64,000 nt of DNA from an uncultured Pseudomonadales bacterium (GTDB taxonomy: Bacteria; Patescibacteriota; Microgenomatia; UBA1400; UBA1396). Each line of letters starts with the position of its first letter. The stretch's first letter is position 1. The notes under the pieces are model-generated. The model made no database searches. It saw only the letters and a list, made by a program, of their open reading frames with translations, and was not told the origin of the DNA. Location: contig CAZRWP010000003.1 of NCBI GenBank assembly GCA_964603945.1, positions 6,830 to 70,829 on the forward strand. The letters are read 5' to 3'. The position numbers were made by a program, and so were the translations under genes. Shown here in pieces: positions 39,334 to 49,743 of this stretch.

Positions 39334-42300
39334 TTCAGAAGGCTACAGCTAAAACCAAAAAAACATCATCTGTTGAGACCGGGCGAAAGGCAAAGGTCAA
39401 GCAGACCCGCCGCAATCAAAACACTCAAAAAACAGCCGTTAATGGTCGGACAAGCAATGGTCAGCTGAGTAAAAGTCAGGCAAAAAATGGTCATTTAAGT
39501 AGCGGACACTCGGCCAATGGCCACTTAACCAAAGCTCAACTTACTAATGGTCACGTCAAGCAGGCTACAACTGAAGTAAATCTAGATTCAGCTGTGTCGC
39601 CACGTCCATACCGCCAAAAAATGAAGTTCACGGAGCGCCAGCTGGATCCCGGCATGGGAATGGCGGTGGCGCGCCGCACCTATCTGCGCAAGAAAGAAGA
39701 TAAAAATGGCAAGGAAAAATGGGAAACCTGGGGTGAGGTAGCTGAGCGCGTCGCGCGCGGGAACACCGCCTTGCTGGGCAAGAAAAAACTTCAGCACCAA
39801 AAAGATGAATACAAGTTGCTCAAAAAACACATCGCCAACGGCTCAATTTTAATGTCCGGCCGCCACCTACAACACGGCGACGAGACTCAGCCAGGACGCA
39901 ACATGGAGGTTTTTACTAATTGTCTAGAAAAAAACACCAAGATTCTCACTCAAGAATATGGTCCAATTGAAATTGGCAAGTTGGCTGGCAAAACAATTAC
40001 CGTCAAAGCGGCTGATGGTGAATGGCGTCAAGCGGAAGCAAAGTCCTATGGAAAGCAAAAACTTTACAAAATTACCTTTGTCCCAAAAACTGGAACAAGC
40101 AATTACTCACACACTGTAGTTGCCACTAGAAATCACCGTTGGTTTTTAGAAGATGGCTCTGTTACTGATAATCTACAAGTTGATGATAGCCTGGATGTAG
40201 CTCCACAGCTCGAAGCTGAAGCTCCTGAAGGAATTCAGCATGGACTAATTTTTGGCGATGGTTCAGCTCACAAAAGCAGAAAAGATTATCCGGTGGAAAT
40301 GGTTTCTCAAGGAAGGGAATATCCAGCCATTCGATTGTGTGGAGCAGATAAGAAATACTTAGAATACTTTGAAGATGAATCAGTTAGTTATCCCCCGCAT
40401 GCCAATGGAGACCCTGTTGTTTACGTTGGCAGAAAATCATTCCTTAAAGATTTGCCATACACACTTGATTCAAGTTATATTGCTGGCTTTATAAAAGGCT
40501 GGTGGATGGCTGGCGGTTCTAAGACATTGACCAATACACAAAGCATCGAGATTTCTACCGTCCGCGAAGATGCCATTGCTTGGCTAGAAGATTACGCCGC
40601 TTATGCTGGCTACATAATCACGTCTCACCGGATTATAGAAAGAAAAGAGCAAGATGGCAGTTATAAAAATGGGAAGCCCTTGCATTGCATTCGACTATCT
40701 CAGACCGCAATTAGAAAAGTTGCCTCCATCGAACCTTTTGGTGAAGATGAGGTTTATTGTGTTGAAGAACCGGTGACAACGGGGTTTGTATTGGCCAATG
40801 GATTATTGACTGGTAACTGCTCCACCGCCTCCAATTCCTACCTTTTGTTTTATTTGTTAATGAACGGTTCCGGCGTCGGTCGCGCCTATGACGACGATAT
40901 GTGCATTGTGGACTGGGATAACATGCCCAATCTGCGCTGTGTTTTGTCGGATGAACACCCGGATTTTGAGTGGGGTAAAGATGAAAGTGTCCGTGACGCC
41001 GAGCACAAATACGGTCACGGTGACACCATTCATTGGTTTGAGGTGCCGGATAGCCGCGAAGGCTGGGCGCAAGCCGTTGAATTGTTAGAGGTAATGGCTT
41101 TTGAGAAAAAATTCAAAAATGACCTGGTGATACTAGACTTTTCTAAGGTTAGAGCCAAGGGCGCGCCGATTCACGGTATGCAGGATCGGCCGGCCTCTGG
41201 GCCTAAACCATTAATGAACGCCATTGAGCGGGTGGCCACCGTTAAAGGAGCTGGCATGTCCGCCTGGAAGCAAGCTATTTTTGTTGACCACTATCTAGCC
41301 GAATGTGTGTTGGTGGGTGGCGCGCGCCGGAGCGCGCGCATCGCGACCAAGGTGTGGACCGATCCGGAAGTTTTGGAATTTATTAACATCAAGCGAGGCG
41401 GCTTTTTGTGGAGTGCCAACAATTCTGTGGCCGTAGATGAAAAATTCTGGGAGCAAAAGACCGCGCACGCCCGAAAAGTTCTTAAAACAATTTTAGAGGC
41501 CAGTTACCATGATGGTACGGGTGAGCCCGGTTTTGTTAATCAGCACATGCTGGTCCAAAATGACGACGGCTACAGCGGTTACAGCGACGGTAAATACGCC
41601 GAGAGCAAAAAATACAAACCAATGGCGCGCACGGAAAAACTTTTAGCCAAGGTTGCCCGCAACGCCGGCGCTAAGGTCTATCACCAAATCCCCAATCCCT
41701 GCGGCGAAATTACCCTTAACATGCTGGGTGGCTACTGCGTGATTGGCGATGTGGTACCATTTTTCGCCCCTAGCTTGGATGCGGCCGAAGAAGCTTTCCG
41801 TGCCGTAACCCGCGCTTTAATTCGCGTCAACTTAATGGACTCTTTGTATAATCGTGAAGTTAAACGCACCAACCGAATTGGTGTCGGCATGACTGGTATT
41901 CACGAGTTTGCTTGGAATGCTTTTGGTTACGACTTCAACGATCTAATTGATGAAGACAAATCTAAAGATTTTTGGCTGACCCTTAATCGCTTTAAACGGG
42001 CAGTTGATGAAGAGGCGACCAAATACGCCAAGACAATTGGTGTTAATGTGCCTCACACCAACACTACCATCAAGCCATCCGGAACAGTTTCCAAGCTATT
42101 TGCCCTGACTGAGGGCGCTCACTTACCCAGTATGCGCGAGTATATTCGTTGGGTGCAGTATCGGTCTGATGACGCCTCGCTCGACTCTTACCGCGAGCAA
42201 GGCTATCCAGTCAAAGAGCTTAAAAGCTATACTGGTTCATCAGTGGTAGGTTTCCCCACTCAACCGATGATCTGCCGCTTGGGCATGGAAGACCGCTTGG

Positions 42301-42686
42301 TCACCGCCGCCGAGGCTTCACCGGAAGACCAATACAAATGGCTGATGTTACTTGAAAAATACTGGATTGTTGGCGTGGATGATGAGGGAAATCCGCTGGA
42401 AGATACTGGTAATCAGGTGTCTTATACTCTCAAGTACAATCCACAAAAAGTGACCTTTGAGGAGTACGCTGACATGGTCAAAAAATACCAAAGTCAGGTC
42501 AAATGCTGCTCAGTTATGCCTCAGCAGGACAATACCGCTTATGAATATCAGCCGGAACAGCCAGTCACCAGTTCAGAATTCATGAAGATCATCCGCGAAA
42601 TTGAGAAGGCCGCCGATGCTGGCGACCTCCACGAGGACATCGACTACGAACACCTGAAATGTTCCACCGGCGCCTGCCCGATTTAA
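39330..42686 (+). CDS. nrdJ: Class II (adenosylcobalamin-dependent) ribonucleotide reductase, intein-containing
   Basis: NPCGEI, VGGARRSA, TTIKPSGT and C-terminal CSTGACPI; no nrdB nearby; coupled to nrdR. Confidence 0.88.
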   Translation: MIQKATAKTKKTSSVETGRKAKVKQTRRNQNTQKTAVNGRTSNGQLSKSQAKNGHLSSGHSANGHLTKAQLTNGHVKQATTEVNLDSAVSPRPYRQKMKFTERQLDPGMGMAVARRTYLRKKEDKNGKEKWETWGEVAERVARGNTALLGKKKLQHQKDEYKLLKKHIANGSILMSGRHLQHGDETQPGRNMEVFTNCLEKNTKILTQEYGPIEIGKLAGKTITVKAADGEWRQAEAKSYGKQKLYKITFVPKTGTSNYSHTVVATRNHRWFLEDGSVTDNLQVDDSLDVAPQLEAEAPEGIQHGLIFGDGSAHKSRKDYPVEMVSQGREYPAIRLCGADKKYLEYFEDESVSYPPHANGDPVVYVGRKSFLKDLPYTLDSSYIAGFIKGWWMAGGSKTLTNTQSIEISTVREDAIAWLEDYAAYAGYIITSHRIIERKEQDGSYKNGKPLHCIRLSQTAIRKVASIEPFGEDEVYCVEEPVTTGFVLANGLLTGNCSTASNSYLLFYLLMNGSGVGRAYDDDMCIVDWDNMPNLRCVLSDEHPDFEWGKDESVRDAEHKYGHGDTIHWFEVPDSREGWAQAVELLEVMAFEKKFKNDLVILDFSKVRAKGAPIHGMQDRPASGPKPLMNAIERVATVKGAGMSAWKQAIFVDHYLAECVLVGGARRSARIATKVWTDPEVLEFINIKRGGFLWSANNSVAVDEKFWEQKTAHARKVLKTILEASYHDGTGEPGFVNQHMLVQNDDGYSGYSDGKYAESKKYKPMARTEKLLAKVARNAGAKVYHQIPNPCGEITLNMLGGYCVIGDVVPFFAPSLDAAEEAFRAVTRALIRVNLMDSLYNREVKRTNRIGVGMTGIHEFAWNAFGYDFNDLIDEDKSKDFWLTLNRFKRAVDEEATKYAKTIGVNVPHTNTTIKPSGTVSKLFALTEGAHLPSMREYIRWVQYRSDDASLDSYREQGYPVKELKSYTGSSVVGFPTQPMICRLGMEDRLVTAAEASPEDQYKWLMLLEKYWIVGVDDEGNPLEDTGNQVSYTLKYNPQKVTFEEYADMVKKYQSQVKCCSVMPQQDNTAYEYQPEQPVTSSEFMKIIREIEKAADAGDLHEDIDYEHLKCSTGACPI
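39921..40817 (+). mobile_element. 299-aa intein with LAGLIDADG-type homing endonuclease domain
   Basis: FTN|CLEKNTKILT (block A), ATRNHRW (block B), HGLIFGDGS, VYCVEEP..GFVLANGLLTGN|C; more AT-rich than its exteins. Confidence 0.92.
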
Positions 42687-42748
42687 AGAGTTAAGTGCCA
42701 GTTTTGGTGTTAAGAAATTGCCATCCCAAACAGGCTATAATGCTGATT

Positions 42749-45700
42749 GTGAGACGTTTGATAAAGCCTCTGTTATTGGCCTTGGCATTTTTGTTGTCGA
42801 TTCCCTCGGTGGCGCAAGCCGCTTGTGGCGAAGGCCAAATTGATTTGCTGGAATACTGGATGCCCAAGGGCAATACCTCTTACAACATGCTGTACTGCAC
42901 CACTTGGCCGGGCTTGCCCGCTAGCGGCCAGACAGTGGGTGGGACGCAGCGAATGCCGGATGCATTGTGGCAGCAGTATCGGGCGCAGGGAGCACCAGGC
43001 GATGGCGCTTTCATGCTGGATGGCGGCACGGATACCAATGGCAATCCTCAGTATTTTGTCTATTCTTATGACGCCAATAATATTTACTTTTTAGAAGACC
43101 AAGTTTGGGGTGGCCAATCCTGTACTGACGGTGGTGGTCCGGCTTTTTACCGAGTTATGAACGCCAGTAATGGTACATGGGGCTCGCCCTATCCCCGCTG
43201 TGTTACACCTGGCGAAACTTTTTCTACCAATGAACAAGCGGTGGCTTATTCCAAAGCTTCCTATAGCGAAGGTTTTAAAACTGCTTTAACAGGCGGAGCT
43301 TTGCCCCGGCCAGTTGCCTGTGAGAATCCTTTGGCTGGTGCTTCCACGCCATCTAAAGCCGTTGAGTTAGTCGATAATATTGGTTCTTCTGAAGCGGGTG
43401 TGCAGTGCTTGGATGAACCTTCGATTGCCTTTAAAGCAGTTGGTGGTTCTGGCTCTGGCGAAACAATGTATTTCACTAAAGGTTTTGGCATGACGGCTTT
43501 TGTGGCTAAAGAAGGCAGTGCTACTACTTTTCATTCGGCTTACCATGATCCAAGTTGTGCCTTTCCGCCAGATTTAAGTTGTAGTGAGGATGAGACTGGC
43601 AAGGCGCCGCTATTCATTTATCCGCAAAATAATAATCCAACTGACTGGAATAAATACCTGGCCAATTCTCAGGTTTATTGTGCGCCTGGTCAGGTAAATT
43701 GGCCTAAACTAGAAGGAACTTCGCCAAATCTGCAAAACTGTACACCTGCCAGTGGATCGGAGGTCGATCCCTTGGGTCAAGGAGTTATCAATACTGATGG
43801 TAGTGCCTGTGAACCTCAGGAATATCCGGTGGTTGATTTTGTGGAGTCTTATAATTTGCAGAATTTTACTTTGCCTTTGTTCCGTAATCAGTCGGGTGGA
43901 ATTAGTATTGAGTCTGATTTGTCCCGCGTGAATCCGGAAGATACCCTAGCTCAAGCCATCAAGCGGAATGCTCGGCCTGATTACGCACCCCAGTTTTTCC
44001 TGTCTTCGCCGCAGATGCAGTGTTTGAATGCGGTTCGTTATGTTAATTACGTTAATGATTTATGTGCCGAATATGGGCCTGAAAGCGAGGAGTGCTCAGC
44101 TAAAAAAGTCGTGAATTTGCCAGGTGGTGGCTTCCGCAACTGGGAGGCTGTGACCGCTCTGCTCACTGAAGATAAATGCCTGAACTTCACGCCGGAAATG
44201 GAACAAAACACCGATGTGGCTCAAATTGTCCGTAGCTTGCAAACTTATACTCCCAGCGCTTACAAGATGGGGTTTTTAGTTCAGCATAATTACCTGTTTG
44301 ATGGTGGGGCTAATAGTCTGCTTGGTCGCGGTCAATACTTGGTCAAATCAATTGCGGCTTGGTTAAAGGGCGACACCCAGCCAGATCCGCGGATTAAAGA
44401 ACACTTAGTAGTGGTGCCGGTTTGGTATCAATCAGGAATTACGACTAATGAATATAATCGAGACCAAATTGCCCCTTATCCAATCGATCCAGAGACCGTT
44501 GATCTGGAAAACGTCAAAGTCAGCGAAGACAATTTTAAGGGACCATTTTGGCAAACGTACGCGCCGGTTTTGCCTTTGAATATTCAGGAGGCAATCTTCA
44601 AAACCAAAGCTAAAACAGTTAAGGAAAATTATGAACTATTGATTGAGCGAGTCCGGCGGACCGATCCCAATGATATTTTGCCCTGTGAAGGCGATGAATG
44701 CATCCGAATTGACTCAGAATATCTGGAAGAATTAAAACAGTCTTTCCCGGCTAGTTTCTTCAAAGATCAAAGTAATGAGCAAGTTTATGGATTTTTGATT
44801 GCCTTGCAGAGATCCATTGTCGCTCGGATCAATTCTGGCATTCAAGAAACTGAGGAATATATTCCGCTAGACGAGCGTCCAGATGACTACGATGAGCCTC
44901 CGGGACCGTTGTCAGCACGAAGCTTTAATCGCTGTGAGGTTGATCCCAAAAACATCAAGTTCGGTGAGAGCGAAACTGCCAGTGATATTAATTACCAAGC
45001 TCTTCAGCCGTTAGCCAATGAAGATGAAGACCCGGCCTTAGTTGCTAAAGCCATTGACGCAATTCGCAATGAGTTTCGAGCCAAGATTCTTTGGCAAGAT
45101 CCTGACTTGGAACACCAATTTCCCAAAAGTTATAGCTACATAATTTTGCCCGATGAATCAATCGATATCGACATTGCTCAAGCCTATGTCACCCCAATGT
45201 TTTTGAGTCCGCAGATGTATGACTCTATTATGAGTGGCGAGAATCCGCTCTACCCGTGGAAAACCGATGGCGGTGTAGATGGCGGCATGGGTGGTGCAGG
45301 CAGTGGTGATTCAGCCGATTATCTGTCGGCCTTTTTGCGAACTAGTGGCTATGACCGTCAATATTCATCAGAAGAGCGAGGGTACGTTAAGATGGAACGG
45401 ATTATCACTCAGTACGGCTCAACTTGTACAACTGCCCCGCCAGGCGGAGCCATCTCAATTGATCCAACTGAACCAGTCTGTACCTGCAATATGGAACGCG
45501 TGGCCGACCCAATTATTGAGGACATGGGCTGGGAAGAGTATCCATCAATTCATGACAGCGAAGAGCCGACCATTACCAATGGCTGTCGCAAAGTAGAGTA
45601 CATTCAAAAAGAAAAAAGCACCGTCAAAGCGATTGATAGTTTGCCGGAGGATAATCCCGATTCTAATTTACAAGTACCAGGGAAAACAATGGCCCTGCAT

Positions 45701-46636
45701 GAATATTTGCGACGCATGGCTTTTACACCTCACTATTTAATTCAAAAGTATGAAGGCTTGGAACAGTTTTACCAAAATGGCGTGCCGATTCCGGAATTTC
45801 TCAAAAAGTCTCTGGACAAGCTGAGCGGATATTTTGCCCAGCTCCAAAATATGTCTAGTACTTATGGCGAGGCAAACTCAGCTGGCACTTGTGGCACAGT
45901 TTATGTCAATAGGAGCAAAGCCCAGCAGTACGCTGATGAAATTCGTCAGCTAATGAGTGCAGAAATGAAAGCAGATATGTTGACCCAGTACCCACGAGCC
46001 CAGTTGTATGGCGAGTGCGGTGGTCAGGATTGTGTTGAATTTATCTTGAACACTGTTTTGGAGTATCCAATTTGCAATGGCGATAGGTACGTAAATCCAT
46101 ATATGGCGATTGCGATTGGCATGACTGAGACCGGCGGTCTGCAAGGGATTGGCGAAAATAATACCGGCTTTCACTTTGGTTGCAGTCCAATTGCTTTTTC
46201 GGCTTATAAGCCTGGTGCAACTCACAATGGACTCCAGTGTGTAGTGGAAAACGCCACGCCAAATCAGGTAATTAATCCACTGCTTGTGTGGAATGAGGAT
46301 GTCTTAAATTCTTGTGTTGATGTTAGCGGTGGCGCGGTGCCAACTTACGGCACGGTTCGGCGGGAGCAGACAGTTGAGGATGGTCTAGCCTGTATGGTGG
46401 CCACGTTCCATCGCTACTGCCAGAGCATTGAAGGTGACAATATCGATGTTTACGCGATTCAGGGTGATCCCAATGTAGCTGAAGACATGTATGGTTACGG
46501 TTCTTTCCCAGGTCCTTTGGTCAGCAGATTTAATGAATTGATTGTTTTAGCCCAAAGATCCGGTACCATGACTCCAGCCTTGGAAGCCAGAATTAAAACA
46601 TCAATTACCGAGATGACTTCTGGGTGTACTAATTAA
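42749..46636 (+). CDS. Large secreted Cys-rich protein with possible C-terminal lysozyme-like domain
   Basis: Signal peptide ending AQA, many Cys, and VNPYMAIAIGMTETGG. GTG start 7 nt after TATAAT. Confidence 0.75.
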   Translation: MRRLIKPLLLALAFLLSIPSVAQAACGEGQIDLLEYWMPKGNTSYNMLYCTTWPGLPASGQTVGGTQRMPDALWQQYRAQGAPGDGAFMLDGGTDTNGNPQYFVYSYDANNIYFLEDQVWGGQSCTDGGGPAFYRVMNASNGTWGSPYPRCVTPGETFSTNEQAVAYSKASYSEGFKTALTGGALPRPVACENPLAGASTPSKAVELVDNIGSSEAGVQCLDEPSIAFKAVGGSGSGETMYFTKGFGMTAFVAKEGSATTFHSAYHDPSCAFPPDLSCSEDETGKAPLFIYPQNNNPTDWNKYLANSQVYCAPGQVNWPKLEGTSPNLQNCTPASGSEVDPLGQGVINTDGSACEPQEYPVVDFVESYNLQNFTLPLFRNQSGGISIESDLSRVNPEDTLAQAIKRNARPDYAPQFFLSSPQMQCLNAVRYVNYVNDLCAEYGPESEECSAKKVVNLPGGGFRNWEAVTALLTEDKCLNFTPEMEQNTDVAQIVRSLQTYTPSAYKMGFLVQHNYLFDGGANSLLGRGQYLVKSIAAWLKGDTQPDPRIKEHLVVVPVWYQSGITTNEYNRDQIAPYPIDPETVDLENVKVSEDNFKGPFWQTYAPVLPLNIQEAIFKTKAKTVKENYELLIERVRRTDPNDILPCEGDECIRIDSEYLEELKQSFPASFFKDQSNEQVYGFLIALQRSIVARINSGIQETEEYIPLDERPDDYDEPPGPLSARSFNRCEVDPKNIKFGESETASDINYQALQPLANEDEDPALVAKAIDAIRNEFRAKILWQDPDLEHQFPKSYSYIILPDESIDIDIAQAYVTPMFLSPQMYDSIMSGENPLYPWKTDGGVDGGMGGAGSGDSADYLSAFLRTSGYDRQYSSEERGYVKMERIITQYGSTCTTAPPGGAISIDPTEPVCTCNMERVADPIIEDMGWEEYPSIHDSEEPTITNGCRKVEYIQKEKSTVKAIDSLPEDNPDSNLQVPGKTMALHEYLRRMAFTPHYLIQKYEGLEQFYQNGVPIPEFLKKSLDKLSGYFAQLQNMSSTYGEANSAGTCGTVYVNRSKAQQYADEIRQLMSAEMKADMLTQYPRAQLYGECGGQDCVEFILNTVLEYPICNGDRYVNPYMAIAIGMTETGGLQGIGENNTGFHFGCSPIAFSAYKPGATHNGLQCVVENATPNQVINPLLVWNEDVLNSCVDVSGGAVPTYGTVRREQTVEDGLACMVATFHRYCQSIEGDNIDVYAIQGDPNVAEDMYGYGSFPGPLVSRFNELIVLAQRSGTMTPALEARIKTSITEMTSGCTN

Positions 46637-46697
46637 TTTGATTCTATAAATCAGCTAGCTTGTTCTAAATATTTAGCCAGCTACAATAGAAAGAGAT

Positions 46698-47084
46698 ATG
46701 ACATTATTAAATAAATTAGCCAGTCCTTTTCAGGCTGGCGACAAGGGCAAAGTAATTGGCGTTGTTGAGCCGATTTCGATTCGTCGTCAGGACGGCTCAG
46801 AAGAAGAGGGGGTTTTGGCCAAAGTTGACACAGGTGAAGACTACTCTCAAATTGATAAAAAATTAGCTCAGGAGTTAGGTTTATATAGTGCCGAGTTGGT
46901 GGTTGATCGGATTACCACTGAGATTGATGGTCGCGAGCGACTAGTTGAACAAATTGAGGTTAGCTTCACGATAGATGGCGATTGGTTGAACTCCCGTTGG
47001 TTGGTCTTAGATTTAGCCGATGAAAAACAGTTAGTGGTGCTGGGGAAAGAGGACTTAAGAGGGTATTTGGTAAGAATTCCGTAG
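46698..47084 (+). CDS. Retropepsin-like (RimK-associated) aspartic protease family protein
   Basis: AKVDTG..YSQID and VVLG..DL. Confidence 0.75.
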   Translation: MTLLNKLASPFQAGDKGKVIGVVEPISIRRQDGSEEEGVLAKVDTGEDYSQIDKKLAQELGLYSAELVVDRITTEIDGRERLVEQIEVSFTIDGDWLNSRWLVLDLADEKQLVVLGKEDLRGYLVRIP

Positions 47085-47088
47085 CGTT

Positions 47089-47183
47089 TTACATTCTCCA
47101 TTTGATCAAGTAGCCGCCCGTCACTTGATTACATTCTCCATTTACTCAAGGCATGAGCCGTCACCAGATTATAGTCTCTCCCT
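47089..47183. repeat. Two degenerate 40-bp tandem units plus a partial third; related to the family D arm
   Basis: TTACATTCTCCATTT..TCAAG...CCGTCAC..GA at 47089 and 47129; ATAGTCTCTCCCT is shared with 62030. Confidence 0.8.
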
Positions 47184-47210
47184 CTGATAAACTACAGCCT
47201 GGAGATAAAA

Positions 47211-48392
47211 ATGACACTCGATCATAATGGCACTAAAAAGAAAGTAGCGCTGGGATTGTCCGGCGGTGTTGACTCGGCCGTTTCAGCTCACTTACTAAAA
47301 TCTGCTGGTTATGAAGTGACCGGCGTATTTTTGCAGTGCTGGCGCGCCCCTGGCTGCCGCGCCGAAGATGACCGCAAGGACGCCTTAGCAGTGGCGCTAG
47401 ACCTAGACATTCCTTTTGAAGTATTGGATTTTGTGGAGGCTTACCGCAATCAAGTGGTGGAACAATTTTTTGAAGATTATCGGCGCGGTCTGACACCTAA
47501 CCCAGATGTCTGGTGCAACACCGCCATTAAATTTGGCCTGTTTTATGACTGGGCAATGGCCAACGGCTTCGACGCTGTGGCCACTGGTCACTACGCTCAG
47601 ATTGGCGAGCATGATGGGTCACTTGCTCTCGTGCGTGGCGCCGACGCCAAAAAAGACCAGTCTTACTTTTTATACCGCACGCGCCAGGATCAGCTGGACC
47701 ACATCATGTTCCCAATTGGTCATCTGCAAAAATCAGAAGTGCGCCAGGCCGCCCAAGACCGCAATATTGCTGTGGCCGACAAGCCGGATTCTCAAGGCAT
47801 TTGTTTTATCGGCGACATTAATGTGCGGGAGTTTTTGCGTGATAATTTAGGCGAAAAACCAGGCGACGTTTTGGACACCGACGGCAATGTGATCGGCCGA
47901 CACCAGGGTGTATGGTTTTACACCATTGGCCAGCGCCATGGATTTGACCTTTTTCCCAAATTCCGCGCCCAAAACAATGAATGGAAACACGTGTTGCCAC
48001 CCATGTATGTTATCAGTAAAAATGCTGATGAAAACACTATTATTGTAGGTTATGGCGTAGAAACAACGCGCAGTGAAATAGAGGTGCGTGATGTATTTTG
48101 GCGAAATCAGAACTTGAGCAATTTTAATTTACAGAATCCTCAAAAAGAGCATCAGCAGAATCTTCATAATGAACATCAATCGACTGACAATTCCAAACCA
48201 ACACCAATTAAGGCTCGCATCCGCCACGGCGGCGAGCTCTACCAAGCTGATTTTATCTGGACAGATCCAAATAAATCCAGTGGTAAATTAAAATTTGCCG
48301 AGCCAGTCAAAGGCCTGGCTCCTGGCCAAGCGGTAGTGTTTTATGACAACCAGGACGACTCAGTGTGCCTTGGCGGCGCGCAGTTGGGGTAG
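47211..48392 (+). CDS. mnmA: tRNA 2-thiouridine(34) synthase MnmA
   Basis: SGGVDS, TPNPDVWCN, ATGHY, KDQSYFL and PGQAVVFY. Confidence 0.97.
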   Translation: MTLDHNGTKKKVALGLSGGVDSAVSAHLLKSAGYEVTGVFLQCWRAPGCRAEDDRKDALAVALDLDIPFEVLDFVEAYRNQVVEQFFEDYRRGLTPNPDVWCNTAIKFGLFYDWAMANGFDAVATGHYAQIGEHDGSLALVRGADAKKDQSYFLYRTRQDQLDHIMFPIGHLQKSEVRQAAQDRNIAVADKPDSQGICFIGDINVREFLRDNLGEKPGDVLDTDGNVIGRHQGVWFYTIGQRHGFDLFPKFRAQNNEWKHVLPPMYVISKNADENTIIVGYGVETTRSEIEVRDVFWRNQNLSNFNLQNPQKEHQQNLHNEHQSTDNSKPTPIKARIRHGGELYQADFIWTDPNKSSGKLKFAEPVKGLAPGQAVVFYDNQDDSVCLGGAQLG

Positions 48393-48523
48393 GTGCACAG
48401 ACTTAAAACAATATTTACTGGAAAAATGTCAGATTAGTTGTAAGAAGCTACGCCTTACGTCCTTCCTGCCTGTTAATTATGGTGCTGACTGCTTATACTA
48501 AGAAATGAATCAGGAGGATATTT

Positions 48524-48913
48524 ATGGTAGAAACTGTTGGAACAATTGAGACTGTTAAACCAGCGACTGCTGAGCAACCAATAAAACTCGGACATCTTTC
48601 CCCAGAGGAGTTGGCAACAATGGACTCAGCTAAATTAGTACTTGAGCTTATGGATAGAGTTAAGCAGGCTGAAGCTGACTACGAGGCTGAACAAAAAGAG
48701 GCTGACAGGAAGTCAAAAGAAAATGGAGATCGCAAACAAATTGGCCACGTGATTAATTATCTCAGAAAAAATGGGGCGTTTGCTATTAAAGATGAGCTCA
48801 AGCGGCGCGAACAGGAAAAATCTAAAGAGGGCTCAGACAAACATGATTCTACAATAAAGGAAGTGGGCTCGGAAAATTCTCTAGATGTATCCGGCAACGA
48901 TAACTCTCAGTAA
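48524..48913 (+). CDS. Hypothetical charged protein
   Basis: 129-aa ORF with a strong AGGAGG SD. Confidence 0.65.
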   Translation: MVETVGTIETVKPATAEQPIKLGHLSPEELATMDSAKLVLELMDRVKQAEADYEAEQKEADRKSKENGDRKQIGHVINYLRKNGAFAIKDELKRREQEKSKEGSDKHDSTIKEVGSENSLDVSGNDNSQ

Positions 48914-48930
48914 TTTCAAGTAAAACAAAA

Positions 48931-49716
48931 ATGCCCAATTTTGATGTCTCTGCTCATATTGATCAAATTAGAATTTTGGCTTATAGAAATTCGCTAAATT
49001 GTACTTTGCTGGGGTTAGTGCGGGATTTTCCGCTACTACTACTGACTCCAAAGCTCATGGATCCGAACTTGCCAAATCTCTTAATTGCTACTGGTTTTCA
49101 TGGTGATGAGCCGGCTGGTTGTTTGGCTATCAAAGAGATTTTGGAAAACGAATTGGGTGAGTTTGCAGAATTGACTCAGTTTGCCAATTTGTCTTTTCTA
49201 CCAATCGTTAACCCGACCGGCATTGAGGCTGGAATCAGAACCAATTATCTGGGTCAGGATCCTAATCGCGGATTTTACGCTTTGCCCGGTTTTCCAAATA
49301 GTCCTTCCATTGAGGGCGAAATTTTGCTTAAAAATCAGACAAAATTAAAATATTTAGCTAAAGACGGCTTTTTGTCCCTCCATGAGGATGTAGATTTATC
49401 TGACACTTTTTATTTATATACATTTGAAAGTTTGCGGGCGCCAGGTCCTTTTTCTTATGCCATGCAGCTGGTTGCGGCGCGTCATTTTTCCCCGCCGTCT
49501 GACGGAATTTGGGAGGGCGCCCGCGTAAAAAACGGAATCATATATCGACACTCCGACACCTCGTTGGAAGACTATCTATTTAAGTGTGGCATACCACTGA
49601 CGGCCAGCGCCGAGGTGCCAGCGCAAAATTCGTTAGACAAGCGCGTTGCTTTGTGCACTAGCTACATCAAAGCTTTTGCGGAATATTTTCAAACTCAGCC
49701 GAGCGTTTTAATGTGA
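48931..49716 (+). CDS. M14-family zinc carboxypeptidase/succinylglutamate desuccinylase-like protein
   Basis: GFHGDEPAG, VNPTG, DPNR and SLHED. Confidence 0.85.
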   Translation: MPNFDVSAHIDQIRILAYRNSLNCTLLGLVRDFPLLLLTPKLMDPNLPNLLIATGFHGDEPAGCLAIKEILENELGEFAELTQFANLSFLPIVNPTGIEAGIRTNYLGQDPNRGFYALPGFPNSPSIEGEILLKNQTKLKYLAKDGFLSLHEDVDLSDTFYLYTFESLRAPGPFSYAMQLVAARHFSPPSDGIWEGARVKNGIIYRHSDTSLEDYLFKCGIPLTASAEVPAQNSLDKRVALCTSYIKAFAEYFQTQPSVLM

Positions 49717-49743
49717 ATGAAAGTACTAACAAAATGTCTTTGT

